Positions 23,641-38,766 of a stretch of 64,000 bases of DNA are shown in pieces. The DNA is from Octopus vulgaris (Eukaryota). The first letter of the stretch is position 1; each line of letters begins with the position of its first letter. A program made the position numbers and the translations under genes. Below the pieces are notes generated by a model that did not search any database, was not told the DNA's origin, and saw only the letters and a program-made list of their open reading frames with translations. The stretch spans positions 4,650,001-4,714,000 of the forward strand of contig OX597830.1 of the NCBI GenBank assembly GCA_951406725.2, given 5' to 3'.

Positions 23641-25143
23641 CACTAAATCAATTGCACGGACTCTTTAACATATCTTTAATATTAAACCCTGAGTACAACC
23701 TTTGCAATAATTTCAAGACAACAGAAAATGCAGTTACCTAAGACCACTAAGTCATTTCACAAAACAAGAACTGATGTTTAAAACTGAAAATATTCTCATG
23801 AAGAAAATTGGTTCAATTCCAGTTTGGTGCCAAACTTTTTCTGAGAATTTCCTCTCCAACATTTCTTTTTCAGTAACATGGCAAATGTCATGATCTAGTG
23901 ATGGCTTGAATTTGGGGCTACCATCTGCAACCATCATTCATAGTGATGATAGTCAGTTTGTAAATTCAGTGGTGGAAATTATGCATGCATTCAGAGTGGG
24001 AACCACAGCAGAATATCTAATATACTGTAATTGCAGAGACTTCAAACAGATGGCGAACAAAGAAAGCCATTCAGATGTGTGAATGTGTACTACAAAGACT
24101 TACATGACAATAAATTTTAGTGCCATGTATGTTGTTGTATGTCTAAGGAAACTATTATTAGATGCGTAATGGGAATTCTTGTAATGGATTAAGTGCATAT
24201 CAGTCGAGAAAGTTCAGAATCAAAAGCATCAACTTATATCTTCAACAAAAACGTTCACTGTACTGGCATAGATATGCAATAAACAAAACAAAAAAATCAA
24301 TGAAGTTTTATGTATGAAGAAAAACTGCAAATTGCTAATAGAGCAAATGTGTGAGTGAGTGAGTGTATGATTTAGATAACTCATAAATAATAGGTTGCAC
24401 TGTAATTAGCACAAAGTTTAGATGACTGGGTCTCTCAGACGACAATATTATATTTTAGCATTTGTACTGCATGTTAATGACACAGAATTAAGGAAATTCT
24501 TCTTCATTTTAGAAGGAAAACTTCAAGTGCCAACCAGAAAAATACAGCAGTTCCTTTAAATAATTGAATCTGTAATTAGTAATATTAATTTTATTTTTGA
24601 ATTTCTTAAGAACCTACAAGTAGTTACAAGTGGATTATACAGTAATTTGTAATTTAAATAGAAATATTTGCTTTAAACAGTCTTGCTACAGTCTCTTCCC
24701 TGTGTGTCATTTAGAATTAATAAGCTATGTAATTACTAATTGGGTAGAGTGACCACTGGAAACTTATGTGAAGTGATCAGAGAATAAATATGTTTATTCC
24801 AGGGTGGCCATTATTTGAAGTTTGAACATCTCTAATTGTAGAATTTATAATATTAATCAATGTATATAAACTATCAATAATGATCCTGTATTAACTTGAG
24901 GTGAATGAAAGCTATTCAGGCCATTCACAGTAATTAGTTAATTAGTAATAGTACAATGCCGTTATGCATAGGAGTATAAATTATGTATAATAACTAGTGT
25001 CTAGCTTCTGTAAATGTATGTAGATTCTGTAGGTAAGATTCATTCATGATTTCAGGTGATAGTATCGCTATTTAAATTGAAGATTTTTCTCCTACATACA
25101 TACGAAAAGATCTTCTGAATAAGGCTCCCCCATCAAAATTACC

Positions 25144-25353
25144 TATTTCTTTACTACCTACAAGGGGCTAAACATAGAGGGGACAAACAAGGATAGACAT
25201 AGGTATTAAGTCGATTACATCGACCCCAGTGCGTAACTGGTACTTAATATATCAACCCTGAAAGGATGAAAGGCAAAGTCGACTTCAGCGGAATTTGAAC
25301 TCACAACGTAACGGTATTTCGCGCGGCATGCTAATGCTTCTGCCAGCTCACCA
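25144..25353 (-). mobile_element. SINE family A with perfect 14-bp TSD
   Basis: ccatcaaaattacc at 25130-25143 and 25354-25367 flanks the element. Confidence 0.9.
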
Positions 25354-25379
25354 CCATCAAAATTACCATTATTTCAAAG

Positions 25380-25570
25380 GTAGCAAGTTGGCAGAATTGT
25401 TGTATGCTGGGCAAAATGTATTTCTTTAAGTTCAGAGTTCAAATTCTGCCCAGGTCCACTTTGCCTTTCTTCTTTTCAGAGTTGATAAAATAAATACCAG
25501 TTGTGTACTGGTGTCGATGTAATTGACTTACTCCATTTTCCTGAACTTGCTAAAATTTAAAACCAATATT
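25380..25570 (+). mobile_element. SINE family A variant
   Basis: gttggcagaatt...gagttcaaattctgcccaggtccactttgcctttt...ataaaataaataccagttg. Confidence 0.7.
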
Positions 25571-27119
25571 ACTTTTAATTCCTGCTAGAAGACTGTGATG
25601 ACAATCGTATTTTAAGTAATTCCATTAATGGTAAATTCTTTAACGTTTTATTAAGTACTGAATTTTTTGGGAATATTGAATTCAACAGAATAAGTTTCAT
25701 GAAGAACTGTAAAACACCTTTAATTAATTAGTATTAATTCACCTTTAATTAATTAGTATTAAAAGCATCAAACTCATAGTTATTATGGAGTTAGAAAGAA
25801 TGCCTTGTTGTGTTGTTCTCTGCGTTCAAATCCCACTGAGGCTGACTTTGCTTTTCATTCTTTGAGATAAAAATAAAGTCGAATCCAGGGCAAGTGAATC
25901 AGCATAATTAGCATAATTGGCAGAGCATCAGACAAAGACCCTAACAGTATCTGTTCTACCTTCAACATTCTGAAGTTAAGACCTGTGTCATCAATGGCAC
26001 CTTCCCCTTGGGAAACATCACTGGCATGAAGACAGGCTTGCATGCATGGGCAACAGGTGGGATTCTGTAACAAACTTTTCCCAGGCCTGTACTTTGGAGT
26101 GCAGCTTTCCAAATAGAACAAAAATTTCCAGATGCAGCCATAAGGTCAATCTTTATTGACAAAAGCTTAAAAGAAAACTGTAAACCTGTTTTAGTGAAAG
26201 AACATAGAAACACTATAACCCAGATTTTCTTAATCTAACAAAACATAAGAAAATGATGGATCAAAAACATACAATATTTTCTGTTGTTTTGAATATTTCA
26301 TTTGTTTGATGACTGTATTCCTTTGGGTCAGAACAAAAAGTTATTTGAAGCAAGATTTTACAGCTGAGTGCTCTTCCCGTCACCAACCTTTACTTGTTTT
26401 TCAAATAAGAAGTTGTTTTATGTTTATTCCACTTGTCTTCACAAGCTCGGACCAATTGGTCACAATATCAACAAATAATGTCAAAATATCATCACCATTA
26501 CACTCAAACAAGTAACAAGCACGGAATATCAACATCCACTCACACACACATACACACACACACACAATGGGCTTCTTGCAGTTTCTGTGCTTATTGTAGG
26601 AGATACTTGTCCAAGGAGCTGCTCATTGAGACTGAACCTGCAACCAAGTGCTTTCGAAGCAAACCTTTTAACTACAAAGCCACACCTACAGCTATACAAA
26701 TAAACATTTGTTTCTCATACGTCTTGTATATGCTTCTTCTAGATTTAATCTCAGTGATTATAGCATTAGTAAGATTAGCAATGTAATTTGCCAACGTTGG
26801 TCAATACATCAATTATATTCCAAGATGTGCTATAGATTTAGAAACATCATTTAGAGAGGAATTCCATAAATGTAAAATTCCTTAGCCAATACCAAAATAG
26901 CTTCTTTTTTCTTTTCATTTTTTTTTTTTGGGAAGCATCTTGAATTACACTCAATGACAGCTTTGTGAATATTTGATGATGGTAACTTTAATTAATCTTT
27001 ATGGAGCATACAAGCAATTATTCATGTATTTAAACATGTATTTAAACACTACTCTTTCTGCTACCTTGTAATATGTTTGTTCTTATGATGATGATAATAA
27101 TAATAGTAATAATATCTGT

Positions 27120-27330
27120 CACAAATTTTGGTCCAAAGCTAACAATTTTAGTGGTGGGGTAAGTCCATGACATCAACCCCAGTGCTTAACTGGTTCTTAT
27201 TTCATAAACTGTGAAAGGATGAAAGGCAAAGTCTACCTTGGCAGAGTATGAACTCAGAATGTTAGCATGGACGAAATGCTGCTAAGCACTTTGTCCAGCA
27301 TGCTAACGATTCTGCCAGCTCAATGCCTTT
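27120..27330 (-). mobile_element. SINE family A variant
   Basis: gaaaggatgaaaggcaaagtc...gaactcagaatg...gctaacgattctgccagctc. Confidence 0.75.
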
Positions 27331-28266
27331 ATTAGGATATGGTTAAGTTTAGTGCCAGTCAATGTGAGGAGAAAAAAACATAACCAAACAGAGTGCATCT
27401 GTTTTGTATTTCCTGGAATAAGACATGAGATGCTTCTATCATCTTTTACCGTGATAAGAAAAACATGGCTGTGATGGTAGCAAAAGTATCTCTCTATCCT
27501 GTTTTTGTCGTTCTTATTTTATTCCTAAAACTTCAGTAAAGAATACATCAAGATGAAAGCTAGGCCCATGTTGAAATGATGTATGTGATGATGTGCAATA
27601 AGATTCACAAAGAATCAGATAAAAATCAAAAGAAACGGAGCTGGCAGTGATGTCGCTCATTAAGGCATCACAAAGATTCTGAAGAGAAGAAACATAATTG
27701 AAAAATAAAAATAAGATTTTTTTCTCTTCTTTTTTCTTTTTTAATTTCAACTGTAACAAATATATTTTTAAAGTGTAGGGAAAGGTTATCATATATAAGT
27801 TATTCAAATTTATTTTCCTTGAATGCTTCCGATCCCTTGGGACATGTGCAATCAAGTAACTTAATACAACTTCTTGTTTGCAGCATGCAATATATATATA
27901 TATATATATATGCATACATACTTGTATACACACACACACACACACACACACATGCATCAGGTATGTAATGATGCACTCATAAGAAAATACTATATAAAGT
28001 ATTCATTATTGCAGTTGAGTTAACATATCAGCTTTGCTAGTTGGATAAAAAGATAAAATAAAGTGAAAAAGACATTTAATAATAAAAGCAAAAATTTGCA
28101 ATAAGTGTTGTTGACTGAATAATATAAATTCTAAATTTGTGCGCATCCTGGCTCTAAATGTAAATGCATGGAAAACGAAGTTTGGAAAAGAAAGATTTCT
28201 TCATTCTACAATGAAGGAGAAAGAAGAAAACAGATTGAGATTTGAGAAAGAGAGGATGAGGATTAA

Positions 28267-28478
28267 CCCTTTCGTTACCGTATTCATTTTGAGATGCTCT
28301 GTCAGGTTTCTTTCAATTAATTGTAAATATAACAAAGAATTTAGTAAAATAACTTACTTATCATTCAGCTACTGTTAGGATCATAAATTGTGACTAAGGT
28401 TTGGTGGTATATTTTAATGAAAAACTTATGAAAACAAGACTATACTACAGAGCCAGAGCCGGGTTAGTATCAAAAGGG
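28267..28478. mobile_element. piggyBac-like MITE
   Basis: TTAA|CCCTTTCGTTACC ... GTATCAAAAGGG|TTAC: CCC/GGG termini, ~12-bp imperfect TIR, TTAA target with the right copy mutated. Confidence 0.75.
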
Positions 28479-28874
28479 TTACCTTAGTTTAAAATTTTAT
28501 TGAAACATGTAGGGTGTATTTTGGTTAGAAAGAGTTGGAGTAGATCAAGGAGAAAAAAAGAAAAACAGAGAGAAATAGGCAGAGGAATTCCTCCTCCTCA
28601 TTGTCATTGTCATCATTCTAACATCTACTTTTCCTTGCTTGCATGGGTCAGACAAGATTCATTCAAGGAAATTTTCTATGGCTGCATGCCTCTCTTGTCA
28701 CAAGACCACACCCATTGCCAAGCAAGATAAATATTACCTCTAGTCCTTCAAATACAAACAGCACAGTGGCAGGACATACTTTCACAGAAGACTGCAAATG
28801 AATGACGTTATATAACAGTGACATTCAGTTACAACTATCACATGATGTCAAGACTCTCTACACACATATATACA

Positions 28875-28909
<35 letters not shown>

Positions 28910-28910
<1 letters not shown>

Positions 28911-29136
28911 GCGAGCTGGCAGAAACGTTAGCACGCCGGGCGAAATGCTTATCAGTATTTCGTCTGTCGTTACATTCTGAGTTCAAATGCCACCGAGGTC
29001 GACTTTGCCTTTCATCCTTTCGGGGTCGATAAATTAAGTACCAGTTACGCACTGGGGTCGATGTAATCGACTTAATACCTATGTCTGTCCTTGTTTGTCC
29101 CCATCTGTGTTTGGCCCCTTGTGGGTAGTAAAGAAA
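28910..29136 (+). mobile_element. SINE family A, full-length, CpG-rich (young) copy
   Basis: ggcgagctggcagaaacgttagcacgccgggcgaaatg...gagttcaaat...gcctttcatcctttcggggtcgataaattaagtaccag...gtagtaaagaaata, lying inside (TA)n. Confidence 0.9.
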
Positions 29137-29281
29137 TATATATATATATACATATATATATATATGTATGTATATATAAATATATATATATACATATATA
29201 TGTATGTATGCATATCATTAGTAGTTGGTATATCTGAAAAGGATGCACATTCTTAAGCATTAGAGCATTAATGCACATTTT

Positions 29282-29338
29282 ACAATGTTAAAAGTTATGG
29301 CTGGTCATAGGGTGACCAGCCATAACTTTTAACATTGT
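29282..29338. repeat. Perfect 26-bp inverted repeat with 5-nt loop
   Basis: acaatgttaaaagttatggctggtca-taggg-tgaccagccataacttttaacattgt. Confidence 0.95.
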
Positions 29339-30181
29339 GTACTGGGTTCATTCTAGTCGACTGGCCCTCTCCCCCAAAATTTCGGGCCTTGTGTCTAGAG
29401 TAGAAAAGAATATTGAATTATTATGTAAATTACAGTGTAAGACAGTAGATCCCAGAGTTAATCAGTTCATCACATCTTTGTTAATTAGAATTTTCTTCTC
29501 TATTATGGCCTCTACAACATTTGTTTCTAGGGAGAAAGTACACAAGAACTGCAACTCATATTATTCCTGTTAAATTCCATATTATTCCATTCAAATTTCC
29601 AACTTTGGTTCCTGGCAGGTCACCAGGATGAAATAGAAACTGTACTTTCAGGAAGCTACCTCAGTTGACCATACACCAATGAAGAAAACCCTAGAGTCTA
29701 TCCAATTAATAGCATCAGCATCAACTCTCTCCTTTCTTTGATTAATGTTGTCCTGGCTGTACAGAGTCTCAGGAAGAACTGAGATGGTTGTGACTAGAAT
29801 ATCTTTCATTATAGGATTATCCAGCCAACACTGATCCGAGGCTTCAACAACAACAGCGGGTAATGGTTATTAAAAAGATGTGGTTTTTGTATATAAAATG
29901 ATACTAGTACGAGTTACGACAGTAACATAATATTTGTGTTGAGTGTCTGTTGTTTGATGTGATTGTATTTGTTGTTACTGTACTTAAGACTACTTAACTA
30001 TAAACTAGTTTATCTTTCTTCTTTTTCACCAGTGAGAGACATGAGAAATATCCTATACAAGAATGAGGTTTTTATATGTATATAGATAGGGGAAGACTCT
30101 ATACGTAGATTTATATCTATAGGTGTATTTACATATGTCTGGGTTTCTCATGCTCTCTCTCTCTCTCTGCATATGTATGTA

Positions 30182-30219
<38 letters not shown>

Positions 30220-33200
30220 GTATATTAAAAGGAGGCTAACTAAGCATCATCTTTCTATGTATGCTAGATCATGTAGTGTGTGTATAAATATGTAGAGAGA
30301 GAAAGTGAGAGACACACACTCACTCACATAGCTGTTAGTAGTTGAGCTCGTGGTTAAGTAATCAGATGAAAACATATTTATTGGACAATAAATAAATATT
30401 GTTCTTGAAGGATAATTTCGAACAATTTCCGTGTCCTGAGAGAAGATGCTTAAAAACACACTTCTTTTAGTCTAATGGATTGGAGTTTTCTGAGATTGTC
30501 TGAGGCACTTAAAAACATTATTTCAATTTTTGTGCTGTTTATTCTTTTCCCAAGTTTATTTTTATAAAACTTGGAACTTATTTCCTTCCATTTAGTGATC
30601 CTTGCCTGCCTTATTAGCTTTTAACCATTGCTGGTTGAAATTAACGATATCTGTTCACTGTAGATCTACGTTGAATACACAGTATATTTTATCTTTGATT
30701 ATTGGACTTTGATTCAATCTCAGACCTTTACTTGTAATGGGGCCAAGCAGGGTTGTGTGGTTAGGCTGTTTCTTTCACCACCACAAACTTTCAGGTTTGG
30801 TTCCACTATTCTCCACCCTGGATAAGCTCAAAGCCAACCAATGCCTTGTGAACGAAGTTGGCAAATAGAAACTGCATAGAAGCCTGTCGTATGTACATTG
30901 GTTAACCAAAGCTATGATAGAAGAGACATGTTCAAGGTGCCAGGTAGAGAAGTCAAACCTGGGACCCTATGCCTGTGAAGCAAATTTCTGTATTGCACAA
31001 AGAAATCTGCATCTATAACGTCTCAGCCTCTTTACTACTCCTTCAACTGTACCACTTTCTTATCTTCTCACATTCTTGTCAGGTGTGTATTTGTTATTGT
31101 TAATAGAAATTGTTTTGACCAGGTTCCAATAGTTTGAAGTTGATGTGTCATTTTCTTGTTGTTTTGTTTAGAAAGTCATATTGCAGTTGTGTATATAATG
31201 GTGAAGGCATGAAGAGTGTTGAAAATATTCTACATCAAAATGATGTGTAAAGCATATTTGAAGTTTGCCATTTGTACTGTCACTCTGCCAGTTTTATTGT
31301 GAATTTCATCCATCACTCTGGAATCGTGAGAGACAGCAACGTTAAGACAATGAAGGGTGTCGACTACATTTGGCAAATGTTCTTATAGCATCACAGAACT
31401 TTCAAATTCTGTGTAGTTTGTCGTTATTTTGATCTTGAAACCAATTTTCAGAAACCAATTATCAGATAACAAAGTGTGCATTGCATGTCAGCCTGTGAGT
31501 TGGCAAATAAAATGACTGTCAACGATTTCCAGATCCCATAGCTTGGTGACATCTATTTTAATCCATTATTAATTTCTATGTATATCATTATTCAGTCCTC
31601 TGAGACTTTAAATAAAGCAGATTAAATTGGTTTGTAGTTCTGTAGATTCGTGTTCGCAGTAAACTGCGTTAAGCGTTCACACTTTATTGAACATTTCCCA
31701 TTGTCCATGCAGAAAGCTGACCTTTTAAGATGGAAAGTCCAAGTGATCCATTATATACCATGTAGCACTGCTGTCAATACTTGTGAAGACATTTCTCAAT
31801 TAGATAACGATAAGTTGGCACTTAAGAGGAGAATTTGCCTTCTTCATTCGGAGTCTAAATCTATGGATGTGGTTGACATATTTCATACCATTATCTACAT
31901 TTAAATCTTTATTTCCAACATTACAGATGCAGCACACAGGTATGCATATTTAATATTTTACTATTTTTAATCAGCAGAAGTTACAAAGTGACTCAAGGGC
32001 TGAGAGTTTCGTGCAGAGAACTTATCAAATTTGCATGAAGCTGTCTGTTCTTGAGTCACATTTGAAAATTTAAAGAATATAAATACTCAAATACTGAGTC
32101 TTATTTCTCTTGCTTCCTCTACCAAGCTTCTATGTATTTAGTATATATTTTGAGGGAAAAATTAGTTTAGCTTTTCGATTACCCAACTCACTTACTGGTA
32201 GAATTTTGAACAAGATGTGACAGTGAAGGAAATAGCAGCTTTATTTCACAGAGAAACATAAATCCAAGTTATTCTTACTTTTCAGTTCAGCTGTCTGTAC
32301 TCTATCATGCTACAGAGTACAGAAATTTCACATTAGATTTGTACTTTTAGGAACAAAGTACCATAAATCCATGGAAGCTTATTTTCTGGCTTTTCATTCT
32401 GTATATTTCAGTCATCCATCATCATCAGTTAGTTCCCCCCTCTTCGTTATTCTATCACCTTTATTCTTAAATTTCTACACACCCTTCTGAGTATAATTAT
32501 TGCCTAATTATACAATATGGTTATATACCACTTATACCTTAATAATCTTTATTTCTAAACCTATCCTCATTTCATCTTCTTCTTCTACCACAAACACCAA
32601 AACATCTACAACATGGACAACTTGGATAGAATTGTCCCTTTAACAATGTCTGGCTAAACTACATCTATTTTCTCTAGGGATCTATTTTACCTGTCTCTCT
32701 ATTCCAAGGTGTACTACTCCATGGAATATTATCTGCTTCTATGTGCTCCTTATTATTTTTAGCATCAATTTAACCAAACTTTGCATTTCCCAAACGAACT
32801 CTTCATCTTCATCCTTTTGTTTCAAACATTAAAAGCAACATCTTCCCTCAATTGGAAATTGGAAATTCTTTTCTGAAATTAGTTGCGTTTACTCTTCTCA
32901 AATACAATATTTATCTTTATATTAATATTGAATTTATATATTGGAGAAATATTAGAAATTACAAGTGGGGAGAGGATTAAACCATTAAATTGCTAAAACT
33001 GGTATTTCATTTGTTTTTTAATGATTCTGAAGGAAGTGAAAAATCATTGGATCTTGATAAGATTTGAACACCTAACCTAGTGTGGCAAATTTTACTGCTT
33101 TAAATCACAGCCATTATTATGTAGACAACTTTAGCCTAAGAAAGATAGAACTTGATTCTAATGTCTTCGTAAATGAAAACTTCAGTTCTGCTTCTTCTGG

Positions 33201-34654
33201 TGTTCTTTAGTGTTGCAACACCATTCCTATTCATGTGGAGCTAAGATCTCTTGCCTTTAAGTTAAGCTTTAAATTACTATTAGCCATCATAAATGTTGAA
33301 TTGTTTCAAACAAAAGAAATTAAGAACACTTCAAGTTTTATTCTGAAATTATCTATTCAAATCTCAGCTAATTTAACTACGAAGTCAATTATGGAATTGA
33401 AACCAATATCGGAAACAGCTGTATGTAATGGAATTTGGAAGATGAGAATTAAAGAGAGAAATCTAAGAAGGTTTTTATTTTATTGTCGGAGTTAATTTAA
33501 TTGTGCTAATTATTGAATAAGTTGGCAAGTTATATTGAATAATATAACTTGATATTTCTTTACAGGAGGAAACTGAATCAGATCAACTGTAGATTTTAGA
33601 ATTTCAATTTGTATTTCAAATATCTATGTTTAGATATGAAGTTTATTATTATTATTTTTTTAAACATCAATCTCTTTGCTTATTGTTAATATGTAATATT
33701 TGCTAAATATATATTAGATTAAGTGTTGATTAGAATGAATATTTCTGCTCATAGAATATATTTAAAAGTGAAATAATTAAAAAGGATTTTTCAATGAAGT
33801 ATATGGAGCAACTACGACTTTGAAAATATTTCAAGTAAAAATATCATTCCTACATTGTTGCAAATGGTGCCACAAAGACATTAGAATAGACAATATCTAT
33901 AAAATCTTGGAGCAGGTGATCTCATTAAAACAGCATCACAGATTTCAAGCAAACATTACGTTGCTAAAACATGAAATGTTAAGATATCTCAAAGACACTT
34001 CAACAGGAAACACTTCCAAACCATCTTTTTTTTTCCCTAGATATAATCATTTATTCTTCAAAGCTCATAAACTTTTCATACTCAGAATATTTTATTCATT
34101 TACAAGAAATCAATTCCAAAACTGGAATTCTTCAGGCTGTTCCCAATGCTGTTGTTATGCTATTTTAAAGCAGCAATTATCATTTTTCTGACTCCTGTGG
34201 TCACAAAGCGTTACCTTTTTATATCCAAGTATTTTATCTTAGAAATAAATTTTCTTAAAAATATAAAATCCAAAACTGAAGAATATTCAGAACAAGAATT
34301 CGTAGTTCAATTAACGACATTGCTGATTATCTTTTAACTTTGAAAGACTTTTTTTTCTTTCTTGATTTTTCAAGATTTTATGTACAAAATCATGAATTCA
34401 TTGATTCTGCATAATTATTGGGACACCTCCCAACACACATAGGATAAACAAAGGCATGAAATAAAATTTCAGCTCTCCTCTACTGAACCTCTTTTATTAA
34501 AATTAGTTGAGAGAATTGCAAGTATTTTATATTAATGGGTCTAAGCTATTTGGCAAGTACAACCTAAGAATGACAAGTCTGCTGATATATTTCAAGAACT
34601 GAAATATAACAAGATGTTTAGATTAAAATAAGGAATCGCCATTCCTCACCCAAA

Positions 34655-34870
34655 GGGCAATGAGTTGGCAGAATTGTTTGCACACTGAGCAGAATGCTTG
34701 GCAGCATTTTGTCCATCTTCACATTCTGAGACCAAATTCCACAAAAGTCTACGTTGCATCTCATCCTTCCCAGAATTATAAAATAAGTACCAGCTGATTA
34801 CTGAGGTTGATGTAATTGATTAACCCCATCCCTTAAAATTGCTGGCCTTGTGCCAAAATTTGGAACCAAT
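34655..34870 (+). mobile_element. SINE family A variant
   Basis: gagttggcagaattg...ttctgagaccaaattcc...aaaataagtaccag...ggccttgtgccaaaattt. Confidence 0.7.
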
Positions 34871-34954
34871 ATTCATTGTTGAAAGTTTATTTACAACAAC
34901 CAGTTTTCTCAGAATTATATGAATTTATTTACTGCTCTTATGATATTAACTCAT

Positions 34955-35092
34955 CTACTTTGCTTTTCATCCTTTTGGGGTCCATTAAATAAGGACCAGT
35001 TACACACTAAGGTCAATGTAATCAACTTAGCCCCTTTGTCTGTTCTTGTTCGTCCCCTCTATGTTTAGTCCCCTGTGGGCAATAAAGAAATA
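34955..35092 (+). mobile_element. 5'-truncated SINE family A with 13-bp TSD
   Basis: gatattaactcat at 34942-34954 and 35093-35105. Confidence 0.85.
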
Positions 35093-38000
35093 GATATTAA
35101 CTCATTTAATACTGTACTTGTAATATTAACTAATCATATGTTTAAAATTGGTGTGAATTTTCAAGGCTCTTGTCTTAGTTTTCGGTTATAACAATTTCAA
35201 ATATTCAACTTACATGTAAGAAGTAATTGAGAAAAATTGTGTCAATTACATAATTCAATTCTTTTTAAAATTTAATTATAAGCAAACATGACTTTTGGAG
35301 ATTCTGCCTTCTTATCTCAATCTATTTTCATTTCCTCTCAACCTCAGAACAATGGGTCAATTCATAGTAATCCATCTTTGCAAATGGTTAAAACAGGAAA
35401 GAATTAAACTTGAAAAAGAGTATTTGATTCTCTTCTAGCATCCATCCTACTGGGGTTAAATTGGTCTTGATATTTCATTCTCAGGGAATCAGTGTTATAT
35501 ATTTGGTTCAATTCAATGAAATACACAGACTCCCAGAGCAATTAGTCCTATGTTGTAAGTTAAAAGAAATCTATTCCATTCATTCATTAGTTTTTCTGCT
35601 TCTAACATTGTTAAGATTAACATATTGAGGCATTGTTGTACTTCTTGTTGCTAACTTCTTGATGTACTGCCGGATGCTCTTCTTGTTGCTAACCCTTACC
35701 ATCTTAGCATGGGAGAGATCTCTTACTCGATATGTTTTTGGAGGTGAAAAATTAGCAGACAATTTGTTGCCAACAAGAAATGATATTTCTATCACCACTT
35801 GTAGCTCAGACATTTTTGGAGAAGCACATATGTGCAGAAATATGCATGCATATATGTGCAGAAACATGCATGCATATATGTGCATACATAATCATAGACA
35901 TACAGATTTGTATAATGGGATTGCTACAGTTTCTGTCAACCAAATTCACTTGCTAAGTTTTGGTAAACTTATGGATAGAACAGAAGATGTTGGCCCAAGA
36001 TACTGCACATGGAACCATGTGGTTTAGAAGCAAACTTCTTAACCATAGAGACATGCTTGTATATATTTTTAACCTACTTTCTGTTTAAATTTGGTCTTAG
36101 AAAAAACTTATAAAAACGACAAACATCTCTAGTTTTCTTTCATTGACACAATTGTATAATTTATTCTGCGAAACCATTCCAGTCCAAAAGCAATCTCCAC
36201 ATGTAATTTCTACAATTTCATGATGTTCACTAATTGAATTAATCAAATTAAACCGTTCTTTATAAATATGCACACATTAAAGCAGACATGCTTGCACATA
36301 TAAATATACAATGATGCAGACAGGCTTGTGCATCTAATATTTCAATATATAACACGATCTTGCGGGTTGTGAGATGAGTATTCAACTGAAATGAACTCTG
36401 TATGTATGTGTGTAACAGTTTTTCTTTCAGATGTGTTGAAAGCACAATTATTAGCACTTTATATATATATATATTTTTTAATCAATGGATTTGTTTTTTT
36501 ATCCCACATTTTACATGAGTTCTGTACAGTTTTTTTGTTTCTGTGTCAACATACACACTTTGTTGTATCTTTGATGTAAGCAGATGTGTTTTGTGTTTTA
36601 TTTCCTGTTTGAATGTTTCTCTCTAGAAATGGTGATGTCACATGCTTCTACTTTTATTTCTTCAGCTTTATACATCAAGTATCTCAGTACAGTATTGTTT
36701 TCTAGGTCATCATTTCATTTGTTGATGTCCCTCTTGTATGGTCTCCAGTTCAACAAGTGCATCATCCACTCAGCTGGTGTATACCATATTTTGAGGTCTT
36801 GGCACCACTTATTCTGTATCATAGGTTTACATCTTCATACCAGCAGTGTAGCCATACACAATGTTCCTCACACTGACTCTAAGAGAAGACACATGGCTTC
36901 TTCAACTTTTCTCCTTCGGTATGGTATCAGGAATGGATTTTGTCATGGGGGTGGTTTCTATATATTATTTAATAGGGTTTCTGTTAGTTCTACCAGTGAT
37001 TTCTGTCTGAGGTGAAGATGCTCTCTCCTTCATTAGAATCTTCCAAGATCTCTAAAATCTCATTCCATAACCATTTCTTGAACTACCTTCAGTGCATATT
37101 CTTTGACCTTGTTATATAACTCTTTAGTGATTTTCTGTTCCTTCAGCTCCTTCCATGCTAGCATGGCTTAAACAGATGCTGCACTTCCTATCACTAAGCC
37201 TCACCTATTTATGAAGAAAGGGGTCTCTTATTTCACAGGCCCCTGAAGGTGCAAAGCCAGAAGGCAATTTCAGACAGGGAAAACAGGATTGCATTGCCAC
37301 TACTTGTAGCTTTCTGGAGAACACGCATACACACAGAGGCGAACATGCATATGCACAACACCCACATACATACATATGCATGCACACACACATGCAGGGC
37401 TTCTTTCGGTTTCCACCTACCAAATTCACTCTCAAATTTTTGGATGATTCAGGGTAATAGTGAAAGACATTTGTTCAAGGTGTTGTGGAATGAAACTCTG
37501 TGGTCGAGAAGCAAACACCTTAAGCATACGACCATTTCTGATGCCACAGACATAAATAGATACATCACATCCATTTAAACAACAAACACATTTAAATGCA
37601 TATTGCTTGTATGTGAGTGGTAAAGTGTGAGTGGTAAAATCCTTAATTAGAACATTAAGACTCCCCTCTGCAAACGAAAAATCGGATAAAAACAAAACTA
37701 TTGGATAAAATAAAAACTTAACTAACAACAGGGAGTCTGACTAATTAACAGAGCAATCCATTGAACAATACAAAAACAATCAGGCAACAAATCCAGCAGA
37801 CACTACAAAGCACACATGAAGTGTATTGCATGAACCAAATTAATACTAACTATAGAATTGATTCACATATAATTATAAACCATGAGTAACACAAGACAAA
37901 ATACAAACCAGATACTAACATTAATAGTGCTCAAAAGCGTTTCTATCCATAAAAAAATTGCAGTTGCATATAACCATAAAACAGCCAAACTACTTGTCAC

Positions 38001-38720
38001 TAATATGCTTCATAAATTTTATTGCAGACACAAAAATGGTATAATTCATGACTCCAACTGTTATAGTAGCCTCACTTCTGCCAAATCATCTGCACTTCTG
38101 ATGAATAACAACAGGCTGGCACACACGCATATAGAATATGCCTAGTAGAAATCTGTAGAGATTCTAGTTCAGCTGAGGACCCATCACTTTTACTATAATA
38201 CATACATATACATATATACTCACACACATACATTTCTATATAGAATGCACACCATGTCAGTAAGAAGAATGGAATTGATATTCATTCTCTAAACAGAACA
38301 CTGATCAATAAACTAAAAATATAAACAGGCAAATAAAAAGTAAAAAAAAAGATTAAAAAAAACAAACAAATATTAGTTATAATTGTGGTAAATTCTGTAA
38401 CTAAACTGAATGATATTGATAATGATGATGGAAATGTGATGGGAAGGTGGATAAAGATAGACACCTTTGTATTTATTTTAGCACTTGCTTGTTGTTGTTG
38501 TAAAAAGATGAGTTGTAAGTAACAAAGGAACAATGAATAGAAATGTAGGGCAGAGGTGGGTATTTCATACAGATAAACTCTCTATCGTGGTTAGACTAAA
38601 TTACTTTGATGTTTTGGTTATTGTTTACCATCAAACACTGAAATAGAGCTTAACTACCTTTATCAACAAAATGTGCTCATGTATGCACACACACACACAC
38701 TATGCATATACACACACTCA

Positions 38721-38766
<46 letters not shown>

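Noticed and set aside
31050-31900. Possible decayed transposon coding region
   Set aside because: No diagnostic RT or transposase motif was found by eye.
36600-37150. Possible decayed coding sequence on the minus strand (KELKEQKITKELYNKVKEY...)
   Set aside because: Multiple stops and no assignable family.
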